Shown in pieces: positions 1 through 13,205 of a DNA stretch of 64,000 nt (position 1 is the stretch's first letter; every line of letters begins with the position of its first letter). Origin of the DNA: Macrostomum hystrix (lineage: Eukaryota; Animalia; Platyhelminthes); contig CATNEN010000033.1 of NCBI GenBank assembly GCA_950097015.1, positions 806,001 to 870,000 on the forward strand, in the 5' to 3' direction. The position numbers and the translations under genes are program-made. Under the pieces are notes generated by a model. That model worked only from the letters and a program-made list of their open reading frames with translations, ran no database searches and was not told the origin of the DNA.

Positions 1-126
1 CTGTGGCAGTTAAAGTAGTAACACTAGTAAGTAGTAATATTAATACTGTTATTTTCTCAACAGTATATATTAGTTTCTTTTTGTCATCAAACTGCTGTCT
101 CTATTGTTGTTTGTTTTTTCTCAACC

Positions 127-895
127 CCATCTACTCTCACCTACCCTCCATCTCCTCTCACCTACCCTCCATCTACTCTCACCTACCCTCCATCTCCTCT
201 CACCTACCCTCCATCTCCTCTCACCTACCCTCCATCTACTCTCACCTACCCTCCATCTCCTCTCACCTACCCTCCATCTACTCTCACCTACCCTCCATCT
301 CCTCTCACCTACCCTCCATCTCCTCTCACCTACCCTCCATCTACTCTCACCTACCCTCCATCTCCTCTCACCTACCCTCCATCTACTCTCACCTACCCTC
401 CATCTCCTCTCACCTACCCTCCATCTCCTCTCACCTACCCTCCATCTCCTCTCACCTACCCTCCATCTCCTCTCACCTACCCTCCATCTCCTCTCACCTA
501 CCCTCCATCTCCTCTCACCTACCCTCCATCTCCTCTCACCTACCCTCCATCTCCTCTCACCTACACTCCATCTCCTCTCACCTACCCTCCATCTCCTCTC
601 ACCTACCCTCCATCTCCTCTCACCTACCCTCCATCTCCTCTCACCTACCCTCCATCTCCTCTCACCTACCCTCCATCTCCTCTCACCTACCCTCCATCTC
701 CTCTCACCTACCCTCCATCTCCTCTCACCTACCCTCCATCTCCTCTCACCTACACTCCATCTCCTCTCACCTACCCTCCATCTCCTCTCACCTACCCTCC
801 ATCTCCTCTCACCTACCCTCCATCTCCTCTTATCTACCCTCCATCTCCTCTCACCTACACTCCATCTCCTCTCACCTACCCTCCATCTCCTCTCA
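127..895. repeat. 21-bp pyrimidine-rich minisatellite (CCATCTCCTCTCACCTACCCT)n, ~36 units
   Basis: Unit read directly; explains the SHLPSIS and LHLLSPT ORFs. Confidence 0.95.
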
Positions 896-1290
896 TATGA
901 AATCTCCTCAATTCGTTTCTATTTTTCGCAATTTCGCACTATTCAGTTGGATGTATTGGAATAGAATTGTTTGGTGTTAGCTGTTGTCATGTTGTGACAA
1001 AATCGATCTTTCAACGGGTCCTTTGGTTGTTTTGTTTGTGCTTTTGTAAACAGTAAAAAATTGCTGATTTTGGCCATTTTGCTGAAGGCTTTCAGTGCAT
1101 TAGTAGCTGCATATCCATTTTATTGTGCTTTGTTGTCCGAATCCAAAAATAAAACAAAAAATTATCTTTATTTTTGTCTATTATATTATACTCGGCTGAT
1201 CTAAGCTTTCTGTGTGTAGGCAAAAATGATAACAATGAAATTGCGCTTTTAAGTTTTCAATTTATTGCGGCTGCGGTTTGAAAGTCTCAC

Positions 1291-3615
1291 GACTCACTGA
1301 CTGACACAATTGATTGTCTGACAATTCTCTGCCTGACACAATTGATTGTCTGACAATTCTCTGCCTGACGCAATTGATTGTCTGACAATTCTCTGCCTGA
1401 CACAATTGATTGTCTGACAATTCTCTGCCTGACACAATTGATTGTCTGACAATTCTCTGCCTGACACAATTGATTGTCTGACAATTCTCTGCCTGACACA
1501 ATTGATTGTCTGACAATTCTCTGCCTGACGCAATTGATTGTCTGACAATTCTCTGACTGACACAATTGATTGTCTGACAATTCTATGCCTGACACAATTG
1601 ATTGTCTGACAATTCTCTGCCTGACGCAATTGATTGTCTGACAATTCTCTGCCTGACACAATTGATTGTCTGACAATTCTCTGCCTGACACAATTGATTG
1701 TCTGACAATTCTCTGCCTGACACAATTGATTGTCTGACAATTCTCTGCCTGACACAATTGATTGTCTGACAATTCTCTGCCTGACGCAATTGATTGTCTG
1801 ACAATTCTCTGCCTGACGCAATTGATTGTCTGACAATTCTCTGCCTGACGCAATTGATTGTCTGACAATTCTCTGCCTGACACAATTGATTGTCTGACAA
1901 TTCTCTGCCTGACGCAATTGATTGTCTGACAATTCACTGACTGACACAATTGATTGTCTGACAATTCACTGACTGACACAATTGATTGTCTGACAATTCT
2001 CTGCCTGACACAATTGATTGTCTGACAATTCTCTGCCTGACGCAATTGATTGTCTGACAATTCTCTGCCTGACACAATTGATTGTCTGACAATTCTCTGC
2101 CTGACACAATTGATTGTCTGACAATTCTCTGCCTGACACAATTGATTGTCTGACAATTCTCTGCCTGACGCAATTGATTGTCTGACAATTCTCTGCCTGA
2201 CGCAATTGATTGTCTGACAATTCTCTGCCTGACGCAATTGATTGTCTGACAATTCTCTGCCTGACACAATTGATTGTCTGACAATTCTCTGCCTGACGCA
2301 ATTGATTGTCTGACAATTCACTGACTGACACAATTGATTGTCTGACAATTTACTGACTGACACAATTGATTGTCTGACAATTCTCTACCTGACACAATTG
2401 ATTGTCTGACAATTCACTGCCTGACACAATTGATTGTCTGACAATTCTCTGCCTGACACAATTGATTGTCTGACAATTCACTGCCTGACACAATTGATCG
2501 TCTGACAATTCACTGCCTGACACAATTGATTGTCTGACAATTCACTGCCTGACACAATTGATTGTCTGACAATTCACTGCCTGACACAATTGATTGTCTG
2601 ACAATTCACTGCCTGACACAATTGATTGTCTGACAATTCACTGCCTGACACAATTGATTGTCTGACAATTCACTGCCTGACACAATTGATTGTCTGACAA
2701 TTCACTGCCTGACACAATTGATTGTCTGACACAATCCACTGCCTGACAGAATTGATTGTCTGACACAGTCCACTGCCTGACACAATTGATTGTCTGACAC
2801 AATCCACTGCCTGACACAATTGATTGTCTGACACAATTAATTGCCTGACACAATTGATTGTCTGACACAGTCCACTGACTGACACAATTAATTGTCTGAC
2901 ACAGTCCACTGCCTGACACAATTGATTGTCTGACACAATCCACTGCCTGACACAATTGATTGTCTGACACAATCCACTGCCTGACACAATTGATTGTCTG
3001 ACACAATCCACTGACTGACACAATTGATTGTCTGACAATTCACTGCCTGACACAATTGATTGTCTGACACAATCCACTGCCTGACAGAATTGATTGTCTG
3101 ACACAATCCACTGCCTGACACAATTGATTGTCTGACACAATCCACTGCCTGACACAATTGATTGTCTGACACAGTCCACTGACTGACACAATTGATTGTC
3201 TGACACAGTCCACTGACTGACACAATTGATTGTCTGACACAATTAATTGCCTGACACAATTGATTGTCTGACACAGTCCACTGACTGACACAATTAATTG
3301 TCTGACACAGTCCACTGCCTGACACAATTGATTGTCTGACACAATCCACTGCCTGACACAATTGATTGTCTGACACAATCCACTGCCTGACAGAATTGAT
3401 TGTCTGACACAATCCACTGCCTGACACAATTGATTGTCTGACACAATCCACTGCCTGACACAATTGATTGTCTGACACAGTCCACTGACTGACACAATTG
3501 ATTGTCTGACAGTCCACTGACTGACACAATTGATTGTCTGACACAATTGATTGTCTGACACAATCCACTGACTGGCACAATTGATTGTCTGACACAATTG
3601 ATTGCCTGACACAAT
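1291..3615. repeat. 32/34-bp minisatellite (GCCTGACACAATTGATTGTCTGACAATTCTCT, grading into ...CTGACACAATCCACT)
   Basis: Unit read directly; it contains the inverted repeat ACAAT-TG-ATTGT, and the variant changes along the array. Confidence 0.95.
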
Positions 3616-4173
3616 TCAGAAGTGGTCAGTGCCCATGCTACAGGATCCAGTTTGGTCCAGAGAAGAAATCTGAAATCCTTATTTGGCATTTTGTGTATGT
3701 GGGTGTTTCCTCTTTAGCCAGCAGAAGTTCAAGTAATTCAATCGCCGATTGCTTTTAAACTTTTAGTCCCACGCTGTTAAAATTGGTTTCCAGAACTCCA
3801 GAAAGGCCCATTCTTTGTCAGGCGCATTCTGGTCTCGTGGTCAAACACAGACAGTCAAATGGTAGAAATCGGAGCCGTTCCCTATACCGCATTCTGTCTT
3901 TGACCTTTACTGCAACTGACTCAACCTGAGTGGTTTGGAGCCGCCCTGTCTCAGCCAGCTACCTGTCAGGTGCAGCCGACGTTTTCATTTGAACAGTGGT
4001 CCATTTTCAAACTGCCATTGCGCCTACTGAGTGCATAGCAACAGCAGGAGCAGCTGGTTGCCATGTGTCTCCCCAGTTAATAATTTGAAATAAATATTCC
4101 ATGTAAAGCAGCGCCTGCTAGCACTTTGCTTCCGTGTGATTCAACTCAAACTTTATACGCCCCGCTAACAGTT

Positions 4174-4575
4174 ATGCATCTTCTGAACCAGTTCATTGTT
4201 GCCATGCTGCTGGGCCTGCTGCCCGCCCTAGCAACTGGTCATGACAGTGCAGCCTGCCTGTCAGCCCAGGCCCTGGCCTGGCCGCGCACACTCGGTGGGG
4301 TACCCGACGAGCTAAAGATCTACACGAAGAGCTTGCACACAGATGGCAGCTGTCCGCTCACCCTGGTCCCCGACCTGCAGGATCCCGGCTTGAAATTCCT
4401 GGTGCAGATGGACCAGCCGGGCCGCAACCCGGCCGAGTGCAGAAAGTGCATTGGAGCCAGCTGCGAGCTCGTCACCCCGCCTGCCGACCCGGGAACCGGG
4501 TGCGCCTACCGACTCAACAACCTGTGCCAGTATGTCAAGGTCAAGGCCAGCGACTCCACCCTGGGCTGTCCCTGA
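4174..4575 (+). CDS. Small secreted cysteine-rich protein (133 aa, 8 Cys), paralogue A
   Basis: ATG at 4174 (the track's upstream TTG start is unlikely). Hydrophobic signal-peptide-like N-terminus (FIVAMLLGLLPALATG), GC-rich codon usage, and conserved Cys spacing and motif blocks shared with 13206-13634. Confidence 0.85.
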   Translation: MHLLNQFIVAMLLGLLPALATGHDSAACLSAQALAWPRTLGGVPDELKIYTKSLHTDGSCPLTLVPDLQDPGLKFLVQMDQPGRNPAECRKCIGASCELVTPPADPGTGCAYRLNNLCQYVKVKASDSTLGCP

Positions 4576-4812
4576 CATCTGATGCTATGAAGCGAATCCC
4601 TAGGCTGCTTTGTAAATATAGATCAAACTATAAACTCTCTTGGTGTTGCCTGAACATTCATTTCCTAATTTATAAACTTTGGTAACGGATTCTGAGAGAT
4701 GTACTGCGTTCTTAAATTTGAAATTGAAATAATACAAACTTAATTTGCCATAGTGGCTGTTTTCCAACTTTTCTTTTACGAATCCGTGAGTTTGTACACT
4801 GCCTGGTGGCGA

Positions 4813-5064
4813 GTGGCAGAGCGGTTAACGCGTTTGCCTCTCGCAACAAGGTCCCTAAGCTCGATTCCGCAGCGAGGCCACATTCATTTGGGGTGGAGAG
4901 AAGGCTTGGGGGCTTGTCGTGAAATTTACGCCATTGAGGGCCAACCGCCAGTGAGAGTGTACACCGCCTGACGATGAGAAAGTCAGCGCAGATGTACACA
5001 CCTGTGTGAGCGAGTGCCTGCGTACAGTATCTGTGTGCGTTTGGGTTCAGGTGTCAGCGAAATG
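4813..5064 (+). mobile_element. tRNA-derived SINE, family 1 (3'-truncated copy)
   Basis: A-box-like GTGGCAGAGCGGTTAACGCG and B-box-like ...AAGCTCGATTCC; body closely similar to the copies at 19579-19908 and 45010-45382. Confidence 0.85.
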
Positions 5065-6510
5065 AAATAACTCCTCGGCCAAGAGTCCAAGAAACTCAAA
5101 TCAAAACCAATTGTCGCTCAGTGACCCTAAAGTTCAACTACCAAAACTCTATAGAAATTTATTTTCTTCCAACTATACTAAATCTCTAAAGTCTGTCTGT
5201 CTGTCTGTCTGTCTGTCTGTGGAATTTCGATACACAGGCTAAATGCCTCAACCAAATTTGATCGCGTTTTTTGCTAAACATGCCAAATTTTACTGGCATG
5301 AGACCTTGAAAATTTCGTTAGTCTGCTTCAATGCTAACAATATTAAATATTCGAAAAACGAGTTTTCCTATTGCTTTTAATAGGAGGCCAAACAAGGTTA
5401 AATTAGAATAGGGCCGGACACTGTCAGCTTTATTAGATTGCATCGGTGCTTTTTCTCGCCCGCGCGTGCATTGGTATAGCACTGAACAGGGCCCGATACT
5501 CTCAATTGAATAGGGTTGCGTCACTGCTTTTCGACCCGTACGTACGTTTATAAATTTGTCTCTTGGCTGATCGAGTGATTTGATTTAAATACGCAAACCG
5601 TACATAGCAGATTTCATGATTGGGCTTTTATGATGCTCAATGCTAGCGAGACCTCTCCTCCTCCTTTCTATCCATAAAACTGCAGCCTTTCTATTGTCAA
5701 ACCTTGTCTCGACTTCGATCATTGTGCCGCTTTCTTTTCATCTAGCTCCGAAGTAAAGTACTTTAATGCTTTTGTAGAATGCAGGTAGAATTTCAGCATC
5801 GGTTTTGTTACTGCTTCTTTTTCTTTTAATTTTCTAATCATCAGCAGTAAAAAAACGTAAGCTCCTGTTTATTAGTATTTTTTGGGCATTTTTGGGTTCG
5901 AGTATAAATACGAGTAAGTAAGTAAGCGATTTTGGTTAGCTACTGTCGAAGCAGATATTTGTTAGCTTTATTATTCCTGTACTCGCTTTCAGAAAATAGT
6001 ATTCGTTTTAGAGTAAAGCAGCAAGTTTTATTCGATAATAAAACTTAGGAAATATTTTTGTGCATAGCTGCAGGCGTTATCACAATTGAGAACTGCAAGA
6101 AAAAAATATTGAGCGCAGCTAAGAGCGTAAATTATTTCAAATTTTTCTTTTTTTGAGCATTGTTTTAAGCGTTATTCGATCAAAAAAAATAGCTTATTTA
6201 ATAATAATAATTATAAAACTTTATTCGACGAACACTGATCGAAACCGTTTTCTAAAGTGCTCAACGATTTTCTAAATGTCTTTAACAGTTTTCTAAATGT
6301 ATCTACAGTGCCACATGTAACAGGAGATGTAACAGGAGATATTTGTTGCCTTCTGGGCTGAGTAAAACGATGGAGACATCGTTTCTAGGCTATTTGGGGG
6401 CAATGGTTTCCTGTCAAAGAAAAAGGGCAAAAATTTCTTTCTGCGAGTTTGGTAGCCTGCAAGTAGCCTCCATTCTGGTATTATGGAGGTTCTCTTCTGT
6501 TTGGAGAACA

Positions 6511-6611
6511 TTAGTTCTCTGCTGCTGGGGGAATTAGTTCTCTGCTGCTGGGGGAATTAGTTCTCTGCTGCTGGGGAAATTAGTTCTCTGCTGCTGGGGA
6601 AATTAGTTCTC
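6511..6611. repeat. 24/25-bp tandem repeat (TTAGTTCTCTGCTGCTGGGGGAA), ~4 units
   Basis: Read directly. Confidence 0.85.
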
Positions 6612-6612
6612 A

Positions 6613-6900
6613 TGGCAAAACCAGCGTTTGAATCATGGCTAAACTAGAGTTTGAATCATGGCTAAACTAGAGTTTGAATCATGGCTAAACCAGAGTCTGA
6701 ATCATGGCTAAACCAGAGTCTGAATCATGGCTAAATTTACGTTTGAATCATGGCTAAACCACAGTTTGAATCATGGCTAAACCAGAGTTTGAATCATGGC
6801 TAAACCAGCGTTTGAATCATGGCCAACCAGCGTCTGAATCATGGCTAAACCAGAGTTTATATCATGGCTAAACCAGAGTTTGAATCAAAGCTAAACCAGA
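6613..6900. repeat. 23-bp array (GGCTAAACCAGAGTTTGAATCAT), short copy
   Basis: Same unit as 8275-11810. Confidence 0.9.
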
Positions 6901-7570
6901 ACTGGGGGATAATCGTCAACTGTGGGATAATTGTAAACTGGGGAATCATCATCAAATGGGGGATCATGGTCAACTGGGAGATCATTGTCAACTGGGTGAT
7001 CATCATCAACTGGGGGATCATTGTCAACTAGGGGGTAATAGCCAACTGGGGTAACATTGTCAACTGGGGATCATCATCAATGGGGGATCATAGTCAACTG
7101 GGAGATAATTGTCAACTGGGTGATCATCATCAACTGGGGGATCATTGTAACCTGGGGGATCAATGTCAACTGGGGGATCATTGTCAACTGGGTGATCATC
7201 TTCAACTGGTGGATCATCATCAACTGGGGGATCATTGTCAACTGGGTGATCATCTTCAACTGGTGGATCATCATCAACTGGGGGATCATTGTCAACTGTG
7301 GGATCATTGTCAACTTGGGGAACATTGTCAACTGGGGGATCATCATCAACTGGGGGATCATTGTCAACTGGGGAATCATTGTCGACTGGGGGACCATTGT
7401 CAACTGGGGGATCATTGTCCCAGATCATTGTCAACTGGGGGATCATTGTCAACTGGGGGATCATTGTCAACTGGGGGATCATCATCAACTGGGAATCATT
7501 ATCGACTGAGGGATCATTGTCAACCGGGGGATCATTATTAACTGGGGGATCATTGTCAACTGATCATTGT
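6900..7570. repeat. 18-bp array (GGGGGATCATTGTCAACT)
   Basis: Read directly; same unit as 11815-12685. Confidence 0.9.
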
Positions 7571-8274
7571 AGCGTAAAAAAGGCTAAAAATACAGCTGCT
7601 AAAAAGTGTATACTGGACGAATTAAAAATATTTCTGCTCCCCGAAGGGGGGCAAAACTTGCTAGTACTATACTAAAAATGAAATGCTTGCTTGGTTGGTT
7701 GTAATTGATTTTCTCCCGAACGGCTCAACCGATTTTCACCATTTCTTCACCAAAAGATGCTAAATATGGGGACAATTATACACGTATTTTTATTAAGCTT
7801 AACTTTATTGCTAAGGGGATTAAATATTCGAAAAACATGTTTTTTGACCATTTCAAAGGTCAAACTATCTTGGCCTATTGAGAATTTCATTCACTGACTG
7901 CCACTGAGTTAGAATTGCATCATCAACTTGCACAACACCCACTAGCTGACTGAGTTAAAAGCCTGCACTCTGGAGACAAATTGGAAATAAATGTACACAA
8001 CAAACCGCGAGACTGAGTGTACTCTATTTTCTTACTTCATTGTACAAAGCCAGAACTTTAAGAATTCATTTTATAAGGCTGATTTTTGCACCCACTAACC
8101 AACAGTCGGAATAGCCGATAGCCGATGTGTAGGCACTAGGAATAGTTTAGGCTAGGCTAGGGTTCGATTCTGCACTGCGTCAAATAATTTAGACTAATTT
8201 TCAGCCAGTAGTGACTGAAGATTATTTAAATTTATTTTTTTCATTTCGTAAATAAAATATCATTAACCATAGAA

Positions 8275-11200
8275 AATCTGAGTTTGAATCATTGCAAAAA
8301 CAGCGTCTGAACCATGGCTAACCCAGCGTTTGAATCATGGCTAAACCAGAGTTTGAATCATGGCTAAACCAGAGTTTGAATCATGGCTAAACTATGGCTT
8401 GAATCATAGCCAGCCAGAGTTCAAGCTAAACCAGAGCTTGAATCATGGCTAAACCGGAGTTTGAATCATGGCTAAACCAGAGTTTGAATCATGGCTAAAC
8501 CAGAGTTTGAATCATGGCTAAACCAGAGTTTGAATCATGGCTAAACAAGAGTTTGAATCATGGCTAAACCAGCGTTTGAATCATGGCTAAACTATGGCTT
8601 GAATCATAGCCAGCCAGAGTTCAAGCTAAACCAGAGCTTGAATCATGGCTAAACCGGAGTTTGAATCATGGCTAAACCAGAGTTTGAATCATGGCTAAAC
8701 TATGGCTTGAATCATAGCCAGCCAGAGTTCAAGCTAAACCAGAGCTTGAATCATGGCTAAACCGGAGTTTGAATCATGGCTAAACCAGAGTTTGAATCAT
8801 GGCTAATGCAGAGTTTGAATCATGGCTAAACAAGAGTTTGAATCATGGCTAAACCAGAGTTTGAATCGTGGCTAAACAAGAGTTTGAATCATGGCTAAAC
8901 CAGAGTTTGAATCGTGGCTAAACCAGAGTTTGAATCATGGCTAAACCAGAGTTTGAATCATGGCTAAACCAGAGTTTGAATCATGGCTAAACCAGAGTTT
9001 GAATCATGGCTAAACCACAGTCTGAATCATGGCTAAACCAGAGTTTGGATCATGGCTAAACCAGAGTTTGAATCATGGCTAAACCAGCGTTTGAATCATG
9101 GCTAAACTATGGCTTGAATCATAGCCAGCCAGAGTTCAAGCTAAACCAGAGCTTGAATCATGGCTAAACCGGAGTTTGAATCATGGCTAAACCAGAGTTT
9201 GAATCATGGCTAAACTATGGCTTGAATCATAGCCAGCCAGAGTTCAAGCTAAACCAGAGCTTGAATCATGGCTAAACCGGAGTTTGAATCATGGCTAAAC
9301 CAGAGTTTGAATCATGGCTAATGCAGAGTTTGAATCATGGCTAAACAAGAGTTTGAATCATGGCTAAACCAGCGTTTGAATCATGGCTAAACTATGGCTT
9401 GAATCATAGCCAGCCAGAGTTCAAGCTAAACCAGAGCTTGAATCATGGCTAAACCGGAGTTTGAATCATGGCTAAACCAGAGTTTGAATCATGGCTAAAC
9501 TATGGCTTGAATCATAGCCAGCCAGAGTTCAAGCTAAACCAGAGCTTGAATCATGGCTAAACCGGAGTTTGAATCATGGCTAAACCAGAGTTTGAATCAT
9601 GGCTAATGCAGAGTTTGAATCATGGCTAAACCAGAGTCTGAATCATGGCTAAACAAGAGTTTGAATCATGGCTAAACCAGAGTTTGAATCGTGGCTAAAC
9701 AAGAGTTTGAATCATGGCTAAACCAGAGTTTGAATCGTGGCTAAACCAGAGTTTGAATCATGGCTAAACCAGAGTTTGAATCATGGCTAAACCAGAGTTT
9801 GAATCATGGCTAAACCAGAGTTTGAATCATGGCTAAACCACAGTCTGAATCATGGCTAAACCAGAGTTTGGATCATGGCTAAACCAGAGTTTGAATCATG
9901 GCTAAACCAGAGTTTGAATCATGGCAAAACCAGAGTTTGAATCATGGCAAAACCAGCGTTTGAATCATGGCTAAACCAGAGTTTAAATCATGGCTAAACT
10001 AGAGTTTGAATCATGGCTAAACCAGAGCTTGAATCATGGCAAACCAGAGTTTGAATCATGGTAAAACCAGAGTCTGAATCATGGCTAAACCAGAGTTTGA
10101 ATCATTGCTAAACCAGAGTTTGAATCATAGCTAACCAGAGTTTGAATCATGGCTAAACCAGAGTTTGAATCATGGCTAAACCAGAGCTTGAATCATGGCT
10201 AAACCAGAGCTTGAATCATGGCTAAACCAGAGTTTGAATCATGGCTAAACCAGCGTTAGAATCATGGCTAAACCAGCGTTAGAATCATGGCTAAACCAGA
10301 GTTTGAATCATGGCTAAACCAGAGTTTGAATCATGGCTAAACCAGAGTTTGAATCATGGCTAAACTAGAGTTTGAATCATGGCTAAACCAGAGCTTGAAT
10401 CATGGCTAAACCAGAGCTTGAATCATGGCTAAACCAGAGCTTAAATCATGGCTAAACCAGAGTATGAATCATGGCTAAACCAGAGTTTAAATCATGGCTA
10501 AACCAGAGTTTGAATCATGGCTAAACCAGAGCTTGAATCATGGCTAAACCAGAGTTTGAATCATAGTCAACCGGAGTCTAAATCATAGTCAACCGGAGTC
10601 TGAATCATGGCTAAACCAGAGTTTGAATCATGGCTAACCAGAGTTTCAATCATGGCTAAACCAGCGTTAGAATCATGGCTAAACCAGAGTTTGAATCATG
10701 GCTAAACCAGAGTTTGAATCATGGCTAAACCAGAGCTTGAATCATGGCTAAACCAGAGCTTAAATCATGGCTAAACCAGAGTTTGAATCATGGCTAAACC
10801 AGCGTTAGAATCATGGCTAAACCAGCGTTAGAATCATGGCTAAACCAGAGCTTGAATCATGGCTAAACCAGAGCTTAAATCATGGCTAAACCAGAGTTGG
10901 AATCATGGCTAAACCAGCGTTTGAATCATGGCTAACCCAGAGTTTGAAGGATGATTCAAAATCATTGCTAAACCAAGGTTTGAATCATGGCTAAACCAAC
11001 GTTTGAATCATGGCTAACCCAGAGTCTGAATCATGGCTAAATTTAAATCAAGGCGAATCCAGAGTTTAAATCATAGCTAACCAGAGTTTGAATCATGGCT
11101 AAACCAGAGTTTGAATCATGGCTAAACCAGAGTTTGAATCATGGCAAAACCAGAGTTTGAATCAAGGCGAAACCAGAGTTTGAATCATAGCTAACCAGAG

Positions 11201-11810
11201 TTTGAATCATGGCTAAACCAGCGTCTGAATCATGGCTACACCAGAGTTTAAATCATGGCTAAACCAGCGTCTGAATCATGGCTACACCAGAGTTTAAATC
11301 ATGGCTAAAACAGAGTTTGAATCATGGCTAAAGCAGACTTTGAATCATCACAGCGTCTGAATCATGGCTAAACTAAAGTTAAAATCATGGCTAAACCAGA
11401 GTTTGAATCATGGCTAAACCAGAGTTTGAATCATGGCTAAACCAGAGTCTGAATCATGGCTAAACCAGAGTCTGAATCATGGCTAAATTTAAATCAAGGT
11501 GAATCCAGAGTTTGAATCATAGCTAACCAGAGTTTGAATCATGGCTAAACCAGAGTTTGAATCATGGCTAAACTAGAGTCTGAATCATGGCTAAACTAGA
11601 GTCTGAATCATGGCTAAACCAGAGTTTGAATCATTGCAAAAACAGCGTTTGAATCATGGCTAAACCAGAGTTTGAATCATGGCCAAACCACGGTTTGAAT
11701 CATAGTCAACCAGAGTCTGAATCATGGTAAAACGAGAGTTTGAATCATAGCCCAGCAGGGTTTAAAACATGGCGAAACCTGAGTTTGAATCTTGGCTAAC
11801 CCAGTGTTTG
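8275..11810. repeat. 23-bp satellite (GGCTAAACCAGAGTTTGAATCAT), ~150 units, with higher-order blocks
   Basis: Read directly; a variant block starting CTATGGCTTGAATCATAGCC recurs at 8392, 8592, 8700, 9107, 9215, 9392 and 9500. Confidence 0.95.
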
Positions 11811-11814
11811 AAAA

Positions 11815-12685
11815 ACAACGTCAACTGTGGAGTCATCCTCAAAATGGGGATCAAGGTAAACTGGGGGATAATCATCAACTGGAGGATCTTGGTAAACTGG
11901 GGGGATAATTGTCAACTGGGGGATCATTGTCAACTGGGGGATCATTGTGAACTGAGGGATCATTGTCAACTAGGGGGTATTGGTCAACTGGGGGATAATT
12001 GTCAACTGGGGAATCATCATCAAATGGGGGATCATGGTCAACTTGGGGATCATTGTCAACTGGGTGATCATCATCAACTGGGGGATCATCATCAACTGGG
12101 GGATCATTGTGAACTGGGGGATCTTTGTCAACTGTGGGATCATTGTCAACTGGGGGATCATTGTCAACTGGGGGATCGTTGTCAACTGGGGGTTCATTGT
12201 CAACTGGGGGATCATTGTCAACTGGGGGATCATTGTCAACTGGGGGATCATTGTCAACTGGGGGATCATTGTCAACTGGGGGTTCATTGTGAACTGGGGG
12301 ATTTTTGTCAACTGGGGGATCATTGTCAACTGTGGGATCATTGTCAACTGGGGGATCATTGTCAACTGGGGGATCATTGTCAACTGGGGTTCATTGTCAA
12401 CTGGGGGTTCATTGTCAACTGGGGGTACATTGTGAACTGGGGGTTCATTGTGAACTGGGGGATCTTTGTCAACTGGGGGATCATTGTCAACTGTGGGATC
12501 ATTTTCAACTGGGGGATCATTGTCAACTGGGGGATCATTGTCAACTGGGGGTTCATTGTCAACTGGGGGTTCATTGTCAACTGGGGGATCATTGTCAACT
12601 GGGGGATCATTGTCAACTGGGGGATCATCGTCAACTAGGGGATCATCATTAACTGGGGGATCATTGTCAACTGGGGGTTCATTGT
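11815..12685. repeat. 18-bp array (GGGGGATCATTGTCAACT)
   Basis: Read directly. Confidence 0.9.
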
Positions 12686-13205
12686 AGCTTTAAAAAGCTG
12701 TAAATTCAGCTGCTAAAAAGTATATACTAGACGAATTAAAAGTATTTCTGCTCCCCGAAGGGGGGCAAAACTTGCTAGTGTCATTCTAAACTCGAGAATG
12801 AAAATAAAATTCATTGTTTGACAAAGTTCAACTCTAAAACTCGGATTTAGCAGTTCGTTAATCTTGAGTAAATGCAGAGGACTATAGGGTCCAGTTGGCT
12901 GCTCTTCACAGCGAGAAACTGCCTGACAACTGTCTGTACTAAGGTATGGGATTTATTTTGTGAGCTGAAGCAGTTCTCTCTAAAAATAAAAGGAAATAAA
13001 ATCTCCTTTATTACTGAATCCAACGAAGCAACTGCAGCAGCAGCTGTTGACCAGATGTGCCGCAAACACTTCCCAGTTTTCACACCAATTCTTGAGTAAA
13101 CCTGCGGAAAACGCCTTAAGTAGTGCAGTTGATGAAGGCACATTGAAGAGGCATCCCAACAGCTGACAAAAAAAAGCCCCCTGAAACGGCTTTCTGAGCC
13201 TGAAA

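Larger units (their letters stand above)
5172..7664 (+). mobile_element. Non-autonomous Helitron-like unit A carrying satellite arrays (5' end uncertain)
   Basis: 3' hairpin GCTCCCC-GAA-GGGGGGC (7636-7652), then 8 nt, then CTAG|T. Candidate 5' end ACTATACTAAA followed by (GTCT)n at 5172-5220. Confidence 0.6.
7666..12778 (+). mobile_element. Non-autonomous Helitron-like unit B, head-to-tail with unit A
   Basis: Starts ACTATACTAAAAAT followed by a GCTT/GGTT microsatellite and CCGAACGGCTCAACCGATTTT (DINE-1/Lep1-like). Ends with the same hairpin (12750-12766) and CTAG|T (12775-12778) as unit A; similarity between the two ends stops immediately after CTAGT. Confidence 0.7.

Noticed and set aside
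3-3689. Long ORFs with SHLPSIS and SDNQLCQ repeats
   Set aside because: They coincide with tandem arrays, are open in several frames at once and have no credible start or stop context: repeat artefacts.
8275-11810. Possible CRISPR array
   Set aside because: Units are contiguous with no unique spacers, no cas genes are present, and the context is eukaryotic; the same applies to all arrays in the window.
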